Assembly (NCBI RefSeq): GCF_009914755.1
Contig: NC_060935.1
Strand: one strand, 5' to 3'
DNA from: the human T2T-CHM13v2.0 reference genome, Homo sapiens
Length of the DNA: 64,000 nt
A model generated the notes under the pieces. That model was not told the DNA's origin. It made no database searches and saw only the letters and a program-made list of their open reading frames with translations. A program made the position numbers and the translations under genes. Shown here piece after piece: positions 44,067-60,140 of this stretch. Every line of letters begins with the position of its first letter. Position 1 is the stretch's first letter.

Positions 44067-45465
44067 CTTTCTTTTTGGATTTTTACAAATTCACCAAGTC
44101 TCTGCGTTCCCATGGCTTTTTATCTCTGATATTAGGAAATCAGAGCTTGAAGATACCATATACTTTTATTGGCTGGGCCTTAAAGGGAACAAGTGAATCT
44201 GGTGAAATGATGAAGTCCATGTTCTTCTGGGGAGGGTTACCTATTATCCAGTGCATTTCTCAGTTAGAACCAAAGCTTAAAAGAGAGAAGAAAAGTTTCT
44301 GATAAGCACGTTTTAAAGTGCTGATCAGAATTCTTTCGCCTTGTATTGATTCTTTTTCTCTGATTTGCAAAAGATCCTCTAAATTGCTTTACTGATTTGT
44401 TTTCCAGAACACTGAGTGTGACAGTCAAGCCCTTGACGGCTTCAGCAAGTAGAAGCCTGACTGTTGCCTGCAGAGGATGACTGTGTGTCCCTGGGCCATT
44501 AGTCAGTCCCTCCCAGGGTGCTCGTAGGTAAGGAGGAGGTCCTGAATCACAGTCCATTTTGCAGATTGATTTTCTATTTCAGATCAACACTGCCAAAGAA
44601 AGTTAGGTTCTACCTGAGATTATAGAGCCCTTCAGAATGTATGACCTGATTTATATCACCTGTCGTAATACAATGCCCCCTTTAATAAACACTTCTTTTC
44701 CCACATATAGGATTCATATCCAAATATTTAGGTCACATTCAAATTTAAAAATAAAAACGACATGCTTTTATATTTCATCTTCTGAAACCTCTTAGGAGCA
44801 AAACCCAGTGCCTTTAATTATATTCTGCACCAGCAGAATTAATAAATACTTATCAATATCAATAATAACAAGATAAATGTTAAATATTCCCATTTATGTT
44901 TTGAAAGTAAAACGTATTTGAAGATGACAAGTTCTGAAAACTGCTAAACACACATAAATATATTTAAATGATGAAATTTATTTTATTTCTGCATGTTGTG
45001 TCTATGTTTCAATTCTTCCTGTTAAAAGAGAGCTGCAAGTATTTTGATATCTAAGAAGGACATTTGCTAAACAGAATGTTGCAAAAGTTTTAATTTTTTC
45101 CAGTTTGGTCTATAACCGAAAAACATGATACCCAGAATGAAGATTATAGATCTATATCTTCTTTGATCCACCTTTGCAATAATTTGCAATATGAGCTTGG
45201 AAATAACTTGCCCATAGAATTAACAGTTTCCTCAACTTTTCCCAGTTTACTGATATTAGATGGTTCAGCTATACAACATTCTGCCTTAAAGAAAATCACC
45301 TAAGATACAAATGATATCACAAATCCTAGCTATACCACGCAGTGGAAATATTTTTTTCTCCCTCAAATAAATATTTACTGGGCAAGAAACACTTCTCAAT
45401 TTTAAATCCCCCAAATGTGAGAATCACTAGTGTCTCAAAAATTTTTACAAAGAAAAACGACTCAC

Positions 45466-45780
45466 CTATTTGAAGAGTATTTCCTTGCTAGTGACTCTGG
45501 TAGCTACAGTCACATAAATCTACATTGTGGTCTGCTCTTTCTTTCATCAGACAAAAACAGCCTCGGGTGAAAGCTGGAAGTGAAAAACCCTCCATTCACC
45601 CAAGAGGGGAGGACAGTGGTCTGTTAAATCCAGCAGCCTCATCACACAACCCACCAGCTGCTTGCTGCCTCTTGTTTCTCAGCGACAGTGACCTCCAACA
45701 CCTTTTATTTAGTGCTGCAATACACCGTGTGGTTTGACGGCACGCGGAACATATCACGTGCCAAGCCAACACCTTAAGAG
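45466..45780 (-). promoter_or_regulatory. EXPH5: Candidate internal promoter / alternative first exon of EXPH5 in intron 3
   Basis: Strong donor ATAG|GTGAGT at 45466/45465 in unique sequence; local CpG cluster with CACGTG (45755-45760) and GCGTG about 280 nt upstream. The 5' boundary is not determinable from sequence. Confidence 0.5.
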
Positions 45781-46131
45781 GGTGGGAAGCTTTGAAACCA
45801 GGAAGACATGCCGAAAATATTTAGCAGTCAGCTCAATTGCACTTAAGCATAGCCTTGCTTGTTTTTCACAAAGTAATCCAACAACATAATGAGTCAAGTG
45901 AACTGATTTGCACAGTTCTAAACTGGGAACCATCTGGAACTAAGTTTCCACTGCTCCTAAAGCTTCTCCTCCCTCACCTTATACATTCTGAGCAAACACA
46001 TGGGAACAGCCTTCAGTATTTCTAGTAACAGTAATTACATTTCCTCCCTCTGTTTTAGAATTCTATTTTTCTCTAGTCTCTTTGTTCATCTCACATTTTC
46101 TCTCATCTAGTCGTTACCCCAACTCTCCTTA

Positions 46132-46163
46132 TGACCAGGACGTGACCAGGACGTGACCAGGAC
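46132..46163. repeat. 11-bp tandem repeat (TGACCAGGACG) x ~3
   Basis: tgaccaggacg tgaccaggacg tgaccaggac read directly. Confidence 0.9.
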
Positions 46164-46526
46164 ACATACTCTGCAAAGAAGGAGTAGTTTTTATTTAAAT
46201 ATATCTTCCTGGACAGGACATAGGCCAGACTCTTGGAGCAGTGGAAAAACTGGCAATCATTATTTCCCAATATTTAACCCATCACTCACCAAATGCACCA
46301 CCAATGCACTCTGCAGCTCGTTAGAAGTTGGATTTCAGGTGAGCCACATTTCATGGTTTCCTAAGAACTTTGTCACTATGCAAGTTAAGTCCCATTTCCT
46401 TTGTTCTTAATACCAATTGAATTGAAATTCTAAGAACAAACATTAAACATTTTGAACACAAAACAGGCTGCTGGCCTCTGATATCGGATAACAAATGGGC
46501 CGTAACATGACCTGAGTTTAACTCAC

Positions 46527-46689
46527 CCTTTCTGTCCCAGTGATGGAAGCTTTGAAGTCTCCTTTCCAGATTTCCTGAATGAGAACAGGGAAGCAAATGA
46601 CGATCTGAAGCTCATCCGGGAAGAAAAAGGTGTCGGCTTTTTTTGATTAGTTACATTTTTAGATCTTGATGTAGGTAATTCTATCGGAT
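46527..46689 (-). CDS. EXPH5: EXPH5 exon 3 (163 nt)
   Basis: Acceptor T9CTAG|AT, donor AAGG|GTGAGT; reads (D)PIELPTSRSKNVTNQKKPTPFSSRMSFRSSFASLFSFRKSGKETSKLPSLGQK(G). Confidence 0.93.
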
Positions 46690-47212
46690 CTAGAAAAAAA
46701 AATTGTAAAAATTTTGCATCAATTACTTCCAAGTAAATATACTTGAAAGAATGAAGCCTTTGCTCTTGTGTCACTTTCTCCCTCTTATGCAGACTAGAAA
46801 CAGGGCAGGCAACCTCACATGAAGACCTCAGGGATTAAGGCAGTCAGAGCAACCTCTCTCCTGCGCCTCTGATGGTTCTGCTGCATAGAGAAAACTCAAA
46901 TTAGTAGGGAATCTTTCCATGTGTACTGTGAATCAGAGTTCCTAGAGTGTTCCTCCTCTCACCCAAGCTAGGAAATCAGGGACCCCATTCAATTCTCATG
47001 TTCCTTAACCATGCTGTCCTTCAGAAGTTTTTATTTCAGTACCTTAAAACCATGGTGATAGATACATACTACATAACTTCTTATACTGAAGAAAGTAAAG
47101 GAAAAGGAAATTAAGCCATTTAGATTTTTCTTCATTCCTTTCCAAAATCTATCTCTGTGGATATGTATTTGCTACACACATGGTTTACATATGTGTTTGC
47201 ATGTAACATATA

Positions 47213-47454
47213 CAGGGTGAGCATCCTAAACCCGAAAAACTTGAAATCAAAAATTTCCCCAAAATCCAAAAAAATTTGAGCACCAACATGATGCTTAAAG
47301 AAAATGCTCATTGAAGCCTTTCAGATTTGGGATTTTTGGATTTGGGATGCTCAACTTTTCAGCTTATATAATGCAAATATTTCAGGATCTAAAAAGATCT
47401 GAAATTGGAAATACTTATAGTCCCAAACATGTCAGATAACGGATATTCAACCTG
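47213..47454 (+). mobile_element. Tigger4a/MER46-like TcMar MITE
   Basis: TA|CAGGGTGAGCATCC...GGATATTCAACCTG inverted termini with a palindromic interior. Confidence 0.8.
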
Positions 47455-47495
47455 TTTATGTATAATATATATGTATAGATAATATATGGGTATCA

Positions 47496-47992
<497 letters not shown>

Positions 47993-48401
47993 TTATTATG
48001 AGAGTTGCAAGATATTATCAACATAGAAGTTTAGAAGTATTTTTACATGTTTCATGATGTTACTAATGTTAGTAACATGCAAAAATGCAGTCAATGTGAC
48101 TCCGCGTCAGTAAAAAGATATTTTATTTTAGTATTTTATAGTTTCTAGTGCACTTTGGTTATCTTCTCAATAGTCCTGTGAAAGCAAGTTTTAGTATCCT
48201 TTTAATCTATATAGAAGGCATTTATTAGAAGTCATTCATGGAGTTTACCAAAGTTCCAGAAGTGTGGCAGCTCCTCCACCACCTTCCCTCCCTTCTCCTC
48301 TGATCTCTGATTCTCCCTTCCTCCACCCCTCCCCTTTTTCTTCCTCCCCCTGCATCATAGTCATCCCATTTATTTAAGTGCTTACCCTGTTCCAGCTTAA
48401 T

Positions 48402-48720
<319 letters not shown>

Positions 48721-49148
48721 TAAACATAATTTTACTTAATTCTCGTAACCACCTTATGAGGTGTAGGTATCATTGCATTCATTTAAAGATGAAGCAACTG
48801 AGGTTTACAGAGAATAAATGACTTGGACAGACTCGCATGAATAGAGACAGAGTAGAGATTTGAATCCAGGCCTCTGTTGACATCAGTGTCTATATTCCTA
48901 CCCACTATGCTATCTTGCCTGATTCAAAAAAACCCAAAAAACAAAAAAAAATCCAAGACATTATTACAGTAAAATTTCAGTTCACTTTTTTTTTTAAGTG
49001 TATATTGTATTATAAACTTTTGTGGCTTATGACTTTAAAATAGTTCTAAACATGGATTGGTTACATTGGAGATCCACTGGGCCATTATCTACAATACTAT
49101 GCCACAGAAACAAAGAAATCAACTTTAAATCTAAAATCTTTTTCTTAC

Positions 49149-49309
49149 CATTTTTTGCCATCTCCTTACTTAGCCTGTATGTAAGTGGTTGTTTTAACAT
49201 TTGGCTAACATCTGTTTCATTGCAAAACTTTTTTCTTTGAATTTCTTCAAACCATTCACCAGTCACTCCCTGAAGCCATCTGATATCCCTCTTTGTCTTC
49301 TGAAGTTTG
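49149..49309 (-). CDS. EXPH5: EXPH5 exon 2 (161 nt): C-terminal half of the Slp-homology (Rab27-binding) domain
   Basis: Acceptor TTTTATTTCAG|C, donor AATG|GTAAGA; reads KLQKTKRDIRWLQGVTGEWFEEIQRKKFCNETDVSQMLKQPLTYRLSKEMAKN, containing the (S/T)GEWF SHD2 motif of Slp/Slac2 Rab27 effectors. Confidence 0.94.
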
Positions 49310-49318
49310 CTGAAATAA

Positions 49319-49676
<358 letters not shown>

Positions 49677-50224
49677 TCAATGCACTCTTTAAATTCATTC
49701 ACATCTAAAGCCAATCCATGTGATGGGCTAAACTTGACTTAATGGAGGAGCAGCATAATCTGTAAGTCTAGAAAAAAAATGGCTCTAATCAGAATTTCCC
49801 TTTCAACTATGCATGTATTTTAGGTGTATTCTTTTTTTTTTTTCTTTTTTAGTATTCTTGTAAATATGATGGCAAACTAAAAGTTTTTGCCAGTAGTTAA
49901 AATAATCATCAGGCTGATGAGGACAACCTGGATTAAGCAATGTGCTAAAACCTGACCTAATAATGCAATTAAATGATAGATGTTCTAATGACACGCAGAA
50001 ACTAGAATATTCTCGTTCTGATTACTCATTCATTCACTTGTTAATTCATTAAATGTTTGTTGAACAATGTTAATCAATTTAGTGTTTATGAGGGCCCAGG
50101 TAGGCAATGGATTCAACAGTGAATGTAAAAAATAGGATACTTGCTTGTCCATCCAGTGGTCAAAGATAAAAGCTAACATGCAGAAAAGAAATTATTGAAT
50201 GTAACAATCTTATTAATATTATCA

Positions 50225-50512
50225 TTATTTTTTGAGACAGAGTCTCTCTCTGTCACCCAGGCTGGAGCGCAGTGGTGTAATCTTGGCTCACTGCAACCTC
50301 CGCCTCCCGAGTTCAAGTGATTCTCCTGCCTCAGCCTCCTGAGTAGCTGGGATTACAGGAGCCCGCCACCACACCTGGCTAGTTTCTGTATTTTTAGTAG
50401 AGACGGGGTTTTGCCATGTTGACCAGGCTGGTCTTGAACTCCTGACCTCTAGTGATCCCCCTGCCTTGACCTCCCAAAGTGCTGGGACTACAGGCATCAG
50501 CCACCGCACCCT
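50225..50512 (-). mobile_element. AluS
   Basis: Reverse dimeric Alu. Confidence 0.93.
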
Positions 50513-51676
50513 GCAGAATATAATGGTCTTAGATAATGAACTTCTTTACACACAAAAACACAAAAGCCCATGAGTGAGCCCAGGTCTAATGCAAAGGTAG
50601 TAAGGGATGGGGTAATTTGAGACGGACAGAAAAGCCATGCAGCGCACAAATGTGTCTGCCCCATAATGTCAGAACATGTGGCCTGAAATCCTATTACTTT
50701 TTTTTCTTCTCTCCTCCCCTTTCCTGCCCAATTCTCTTTCAAATGAAAATGCTGCTTTAAGTTCTTAATTAAATCACTGGTTGTTGTGATTTATTAATAC
50801 TTTTTTCAAAGTAGATCATTTTGCTCTATTTAAGGAAGACCCTAGAACTGTTTGGAAATGAGAGGTGCCTAATCCAGAGGGAGATGTTCCTGGATGGAGG
50901 CAAAATGAACAGAAAGTGGAGTTTGAAGAATGATGACAAGGCTTACAGTGTGGTTGTTTTTAGATACTGATGAAAAAGTTAGGCATGTTGTTGGGTTCCA
51001 ACCTTGGGAGATTCTGCAGCTTGGAAAAGTATTCCGTGTGGCTCAGCAGCTGTTATCCTTTGTTCAGGGTCTGTCGTAAAGCACAAGTGTTAGGGTCTTT
51101 GTATTGCTAAGGGGGTGATGAGCAAGATATCTGTGAAGTGGCAGATTTGGAGTTAAAAGGCAATGAACTGAGATGGCTGCAACTCAGGCTCTTGCTTGGG
51201 GCTATGATACTGCTATTTTATAAAATATTCGAGAAAGAAGCCAGAGGTCACCCTGCCCAGACTTGCATTTTGCAAAGCACTAGACAGCAATCAACATGTT
51301 CAACTTACAGAATTTGCATTGGTGCCTCCTTTTTTGCCATTTCCACCCTCCGATGCGTGGTACTCCTGTCTTTGTTGCTACTTCATTTATTAACAGAGCA
51401 GACTCAGAGATCCTAAGTATCTGCTTCTAACCAATATTGGCTGCCTCTAACTTATGAATGCCTCACTTACTAATGCCCCACATTTGTACACAACCTCCAC
51501 TTCCTTGGAGCCCTCGCTAATTGTCAGTTCCCCAAAAGCAGGCACCACCCTTTTCTGTTTCTGAAAACATCGGTCTCATTTCAGGAGACAGTCAAGCTAC
51601 TTGACTTAGAAGTGTTCCATATAAACAACATTTTCCCCCGTACAGGCTTGATGTAATATTAACTCTCTTTTTACAA

Positions 51677-51964
51677 TTTTTATTTATTTCTGCATTTATT
51701 TCTAGAGACAACGTCTCACTCTGTTGCCCAGACTGGAGTGCATTGGTTCAGTTATAGCTCACTGAAGCCTTGACCTCCTAGGCTCAAGTGATCCTCTGGC
51801 CTCAGCCTCCCCAGTAGCTGGGACCACCATCCCTGACTAATTTTTGTAAAGACAGAATCTCACTCTGTTGCCCAGGCTTGCCTTAAACTCCTGGCCTCAA
51901 GCGATCCTCCCACTTCAGCCCCTCAAATTGTTGAGATTACAAGCGTGAGCCACAATGCCGAGCC
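51677..51964 (-). mobile_element. AluJ
   Basis: Reverse diverged Alu. Confidence 0.85.
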
Positions 51965-52628
51965 CTGACTCTCTTTTAAAAATAATCACAGTTCACTTAA
52001 TCGTACCTCAAGCTTTCCTTCCACGGTTGTGTACATATCCACCACTGCCTGCTTCTTTTCTGTCTTCTGGCCAATGAAGCCAGAAATCTGTATTTCCCTG
52101 AAAGTACTCAAACACTTTGAATTCCACTCCAGGAAATTTATCTTACAGCAATAACCCCACCCCAAGAACATTAATTTAACTGAGCATCATGTAGTTGCTA
52201 ACAATAATTATGTAGACAACATAGAATCCTGGGAAAATGCATATGACAAAACATGAAGCAGGAAAATGAAAATACAACATTTATCTATGATTATAGCTAT
52301 GTAAAAATGATCCCCCTTTTGGGCACACACACACAAAAAATGGAAAACACCTGATGTTTTAGAGTAGAATAATTATAGGTATCATTTCTATTTTTAGCTT
52401 ATTTTATTATTTTTCATTTCATTTTAGCTTTTTTATTATGTACAATATATGGAGCTATCTCTTCTTTTTGTTTGATTGTGAATTTTTATTTGTGTTGTCA
52501 CTTTTCCATTATTTTTTTTTTGGAGACAGAAATCAGTAATATTATCATAATCTGAACACAGCCAATATTACTTTTTCAGTGTGATTTTTCTGCTGCATTT
52601 CTCACACAATTGTGATAAAATATATCCA

Positions 52629-52816
52629 GGCTGGGCATGGTGGCTCACACCAGTAATCCCAGCACTTCGGGAGGCCGAGGCAGGATGATTGCTTGAGTCC
52701 AGGAATTTGAGACCAACCTGGGCAACATGGTGAGACCCTGTCTCTACAAAAAATTTAAAAGTTAGCCAGGCGTGGTTGCTTGCACCTGTGGTCCTAGCTA
52801 CGTGGGATGCTGAGGT
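52629..52816 (+). mobile_element. AluJ, 3'-truncated
   Basis: Left arm and part of the right arm. Confidence 0.85.
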
Positions 52817-52999
52817 ATATATGTAATATTCAATATACGTTTGTGGAAGGCCGCCTATGGTGCAAATGCTGGCATACAATGGTAAGCAAAGCAGATAGGG
52901 CTCCCACCCTAGAGAGATTACAGTCTAGTGGGAGAGACAGATATGAATCCAATAACAATATTGATATAAGGTAACAAATAGTGATAAACATGACTTATT

Positions 53000-54060
53000 C
53001 ACTCAGCACACATTTGAACCCTGGGCAAAGAGCAGTGAACAAGTCCCTGCCTTCATGGGATTTAAATTCTGCTGGGGTGGGAGTGTGTGTGGGGGGGAAA
53101 CAATAAAAAAGTAAATAAGGCTGAGTGTGGTTGCTCTTGTCTGTAATCCCAGTGCTTTGGGAAGCAAGGTGGGAGGATCAATTGAGGCCAGGAGTGAGAG
53201 ACCAGCCTGGCCAACATAGCGAAAACCCACTTCTACAAAAAATTTTAAAATTAGCCAGGTGTAGTGGTGTGCTCCTTTAGTCCCAACTGTTCAGGAGGCT
53301 GAGGCAGGAGGATCCCTTGAGCCCAGGAGTTGGAGGCTACAGTGACCTAGGATCATACCACTGCACTCCAGCCTGGGCAACAGAGTGAGATTTTGTCTAA
53401 AAAAAAAAACAACAGTAAATAGCTGCTAAGAGAGCATATAACAAGGGGACCTGGGCTGAGGCACCACCAGTGAAGATTTCTCTGAGATGACATAGGGCTG
53501 GAAGAATGAAGGATGAAGGATGAGGCCAAAGGGTCGTGGCAGAAGGGTCTGAGAGAGAGCTTTCCAGGCAGAGGGGTAGCCTCTGTAGAGCAACAAGTGC
53601 CCCAAGGGAAGAAGCAAGGAACAGAAATAAGGCCTGTGTAGCTGGAGTGTGGAGATGGAGAGAAAGCCCAAGACAAGCAGAGAGGCCACTGTTAGATAAC
53701 GTAGCATTAGGCGTAGGGTTCTGCAATTTGGTGTTTGGTCATGGAGCAATGATTGATGGCTCAGCAGGGATAAGACCCGTTGGATTTGCATTTTAGAAGA
53801 TCATCCTAGCTGCAGGTGGAGAGTAGATTCCAGTGCGGGGCAGGAGACCAGTCAGGACACTTGTAGGGTCTAAAGAAAGAGGTGTTTGCTGGACCAGGAT
53901 GGTAGTGGGGAAGCTGGAGAAAAGTGGAAAGTGTTCAGGGTGACTTAAGGTGAAAAGTGACCCCCAGGTGATGTGTTTTGGGGAGTAGGGGTAGAGACAC
54001 ATCAAAGAAGATTCCAAGACTTCTGATTTACATAAGTGCCTAGAAGGTGCCACTTACAGA
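53000..54060 (-). mobile_element. L2 remnant interrupted by a forward AluJ (53119-53409)
   Basis: ttccaggcagagggg...tgtgtagctggagtg...gatttgcattttagaagatcatcctagctgca are typical reverse L2 motifs. Confidence 0.7.
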
Positions 54061-54269
54061 TATCATGCATACATAATCTTTAAAAACCCAAAAGTTAGCA
54101 CTGCAAAAACTTAACATTACCAAAACTTTAATAACACCTTTAACATCACTCATCTTCAGAGCAATCATTAAGTATTTGCATAATATTCAAGCTAGTATGT
54201 TTTTCTTCCTTTATTTATTACTCTCCTAATCCAGGACATTGAGATTTTTCTTTATAAATACTGCTTTAA

Positions 54270-55182
<913 letters not shown>

Positions 55183-55316
55183 TAAGAATCTTTCTTTGTT
55201 TAATAAAATACGTTACATTTCTTTGATAAGAGGAAGGTTTGAACCCTTCCCTTATGTTTGTTTAGTAATTATACTTTGTGACTTGGCAATTGAGCGTTTC
55301 GTCAATTTTTAAATCA

Positions 55317-55628
<312 letters not shown>

Positions 55629-55996
55629 TCAGTGTCTCAGAGTTCTTTACTGGAATAAGAAATGTTTAATTTAAAAACCAGCTCATTTTTCTTATGTGTT
55701 TTAAATAAGAAAGTTTTTGACTTTTTTTTTCTTTTTTTTGTTATCTTATTGTGATGAGATTGACTTTCATTTTGATTAAATTTTGAATGCTGAGCTGTAC
55801 AAACCTGACTCTGGCTAAGGCTGTTGGAAGTAAAACATAAATAATCCATGGATATGTTTATGTTAGTATTTGTTTCCTGAAGATAGTGAGAAATGAAATT
55901 CAGACAGTAGTGTCACGCAGATACATGAAGGGGGCAAGATTTTGAAGAAATTCAAATATTTTTAAAGCAGAAATATTTTAAGGATAACTCTGGAGA

Positions 55997-56139
55997 TGGC
56001 TGTCAGGAAAGTGATGAACAGGTACAGTCATCAGCCAGAATATTCAAGGTTCAGGTAGTCGATAATGGCATTATGTTTACTATTACCAAGGAAGCAACAC
56101 AGAAATAGTTTTGACCTTTGATGTAAGGGTGACCCAGGA
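55997..56139 (+). repeat. ~143-bp segment duplicated at 57424-57567
   Basis: Manual alignment: 17 substitutions and 1 indel (~87% identity). Confidence 0.9.
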
Positions 56140-57304
56140 AGGGAAACGATGACATAAAAGTCTAAATTCAAACTCTCTGGGTACCTGTAATTCATCTTCT
56201 TAACCCTACACACCCAAGAGCCCTATGAAGTATAGTTTGTACATTGACAATGGTTAACTGAGCTTCTGGTACTAAAAGGAGCAAAACAATTATAAAATCA
56301 GTGGTCTAGATTCATTCATTTACTTAAAAAAACTATCAAATACACTCAACATTAGCAAGTAAGAAAAAATTCTAAACATAAAGTGGAAGTGTGGTGACAA
56401 AACTTGAGGACAGTACTTTCTATTTCCACTAGCCTCAGTTTGACAAAGATAACATTTGTTTGTAAACAGAATTCAACCAACTTCATAACCAGCCTGCACA
56501 ACGCTCTTCCTCTTCCATGTGGGCTTGTTATATGTTCAGCACCAACTGGGATGTACCATCCACTTTATGCCAATGAGAACCTCAGGGTTGAGAATGACAT
56601 ACATACAGGGAAATTACTAATACACAGCTTGCTTGCTTAATTAGTCCAGCTTGACTCAACATATCACAAGGGACTGTTGTCTACACTTCTAATTTGTTTT
56701 ACCCTGAGGCTGATCAACTTGATTAAACTAAATCAGGTCTTTTCTTGCTAGGCCAGAGGCCCAGCCCTCTGCTCCAAGTCAAAATGTCCTTTCTTCATTC
56801 ACATGAATCCGTCTGTGAAATGCTGCCTTGGATTTCATCCTAGCACCTCTGGAACACACCACTCCTCTTATGTTCCGATTCCTGAGTTAAACTTATTTTT
56901 CCTTTATTTCCAGCCTTGAGTTATGACACCCACCTCCCCCTCCTCTTCTTTGTCTTTCCCAACTTAGTCCTTGCTGACCTTTGCTTGTCACTTTTGTTTG
57001 ACTTTATTCTGAGCAAGGCTTTGTGCCCATCTTTTCTCCAGGACAAATTAATTATGTACTAACCATTTAGAACGTGCTCAGTAAATGATAGCTGTCCATT
57101 TATCTCCCGGTCATTGTGTGTAAGTAATCCTTTGGCCCCACTTATCTGCTCCTTGTTAATGATACCCTCCCTGGCCCATTCTTGAGTTACTATCAGGTAG
57201 GAGACAGAGCCCAGGAGTAGTGTCAGGTTCTAGCTGGGTGATCTTGGCCAAATATTTAACTTTCTTGGTTTTTCTTTCCCCACTTGTCAAAGAGGAATAA
57301 ATGA

Positions 57305-58363
<1,059 letters not shown>

Positions 58364-59512
58364 TTATCTTGAAGACATCTTCCAGTCTAAAATCTATGGT
58401 CAGAAAAGCCTCAACATTCCTACATCACATCCAAATCATTGGGAAATCTTATAAAGCCGAAAGAGGTCTCCAGATATAATCTGGCCAAACACCCTGTCTT
58501 CGGGTGAAATCATACCAATAAAAAATAATAACCGATGATATGAACTGAGCTCTTGCCATCTGCCGGATTTTGCAGTTCTTATTGCCAATCCTCACCCTAA
58601 CACTGCTCCAGCATCGTCCTCATTTACAGAGAGGACATGGAAGTTCTGCTGGAGCTGCCGAACTGAGACGCGAACCCACACGCCTCTGAGTCTAAAACCC
58701 ATGTTCTCCTAACCGTGTATCTCATTGTCTGTGGGTATTATTAACCCCACTAAGAAACAATGCAATTGATACAAACTTACAGTGACTTTTGCCAATTAAA
58801 CAGGCAGTAATGAGAATTCAAATATGATTGAAGAGAGAGCAGTTATGCAAGTTTGAAAACAAACAATTCCCTAAGCCAGGAATAGCTTCCATTTTCTTGT
58901 CAGAAAAATCTCAAATGTTTCTCAGAATAGTTCCCTTTATCAGCTCCTCTTGCCAAAGGCATCCATTCCTCTTTTTGATGTTCTCACTTCTCTGTTTATC
59001 TCCTCTCTGACATCTCTGACATTTCTCCTTCACTTTTCTTACTCCCTTGCTTCTGTATACACATTGTTTTTTTTCTTTTACAGCTGATCTTCGCGGACCT
59101 GACCGTCTTGTTACACCTCGTTCTCCTTCCAGGCAGCTAAGCACCCCAATCTCTGTCAACCCTCCACTCCTTAAGGACATCTTGCCAAATAGTCCCTTGA
59201 TCTCCTACAAGTTCAGCCATCAGCCAACCCCAGAATGAAGTTTCCAATTACATCAAATCCTGTGAAAGTGACTTTGTCCTTTGATTTGCAGATCAAAGCA
59301 GTATTAAAGTTTTCCTCCCACGCAGGAATCCAAACATAATTTTGTCATATTGCCCAGCAACCACAACACAAGGAAAAGCACAAATGGAGAGGATGGGGCA
59401 GGAACTGTATCCCGAGTCAGAGCTTAAACGTCGGGCCAGTGTCATAATGGAAGACGGATCAGGATGTCCAAGCAAGAGCCTTTTCCAAACCCTGAAGCCC
59501 CAAGAGACTCAC

Positions 59513-59720
59513 CATCTGGGGAAAGTGTGGCCTTTTGTTCTCCTACTTTAGAAAGGCGATACTTCCAGGTAATAGGTTTCTTATCACTCACCCTCCAGGG
59601 AAAGCTTTAAAACAACTGTTGTGTGTTCCCAATCAGAAAGAGGCAGAGAGAAGGAAGGCAGAGTGCAGCCCTGTGGTTCAGTGGCTGCACCAGTAGCTTT
59701 ATCATCCGGGGCCTGGTCTC
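59513..59720 (-). promoter_or_regulatory. EXPH5: Candidate alternative first exon of EXPH5 in intron 1
   Basis: Two GTGAGT donors 79 nt apart (after 59513 and after 59592) in repeat-free sequence; the 5' boundary is a guess. Confidence 0.4.
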
Positions 59721-60140
59721 TCTCCCTGTTGATCTTCTGAAAAGATTGTTATTTGAGAGCCTTTGTCGCTGACATCAGAGCCTGCTCTTTGGTTCAGCCC
59801 ACGGCCAAGACTCAGGGAGGGGCAAGGATTAGAAAAAGCAAGCAAGTATATTGAAAAATGTGTTCTTTTCATAAGGGTAAAGTTAAATCATACACGGAAG
59901 TCTGAAGGAAGGGAAGCTCAGATAAGGAAAAGTGGTAAACTTTATAAAGTAAGCAAGCAACAACAACAGTAACAGCAACAGCCCTTTAGGACTCAAAGAG
60001 AGGCAACAAAATAATGGCACCAGCTTTTAAGCCAAGCTGGATAATAAAGCCCACTTCAACTCCGTGAATGGCTGTGATAGAGACTGCCTACTCTACGATA
60101 AAAAGCAATATTTTCTGTATTTAAAAAATTGACCATTGTA

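Noticed and set aside
58775-58850. - strand donor ACT|GTAAGT at 58781 as a coding alternative first exon
   Set aside because: The frame needed to join exon 2 hits a TAA about 20 codons upstream with no ATG, and the exonic side of the donor is weak.
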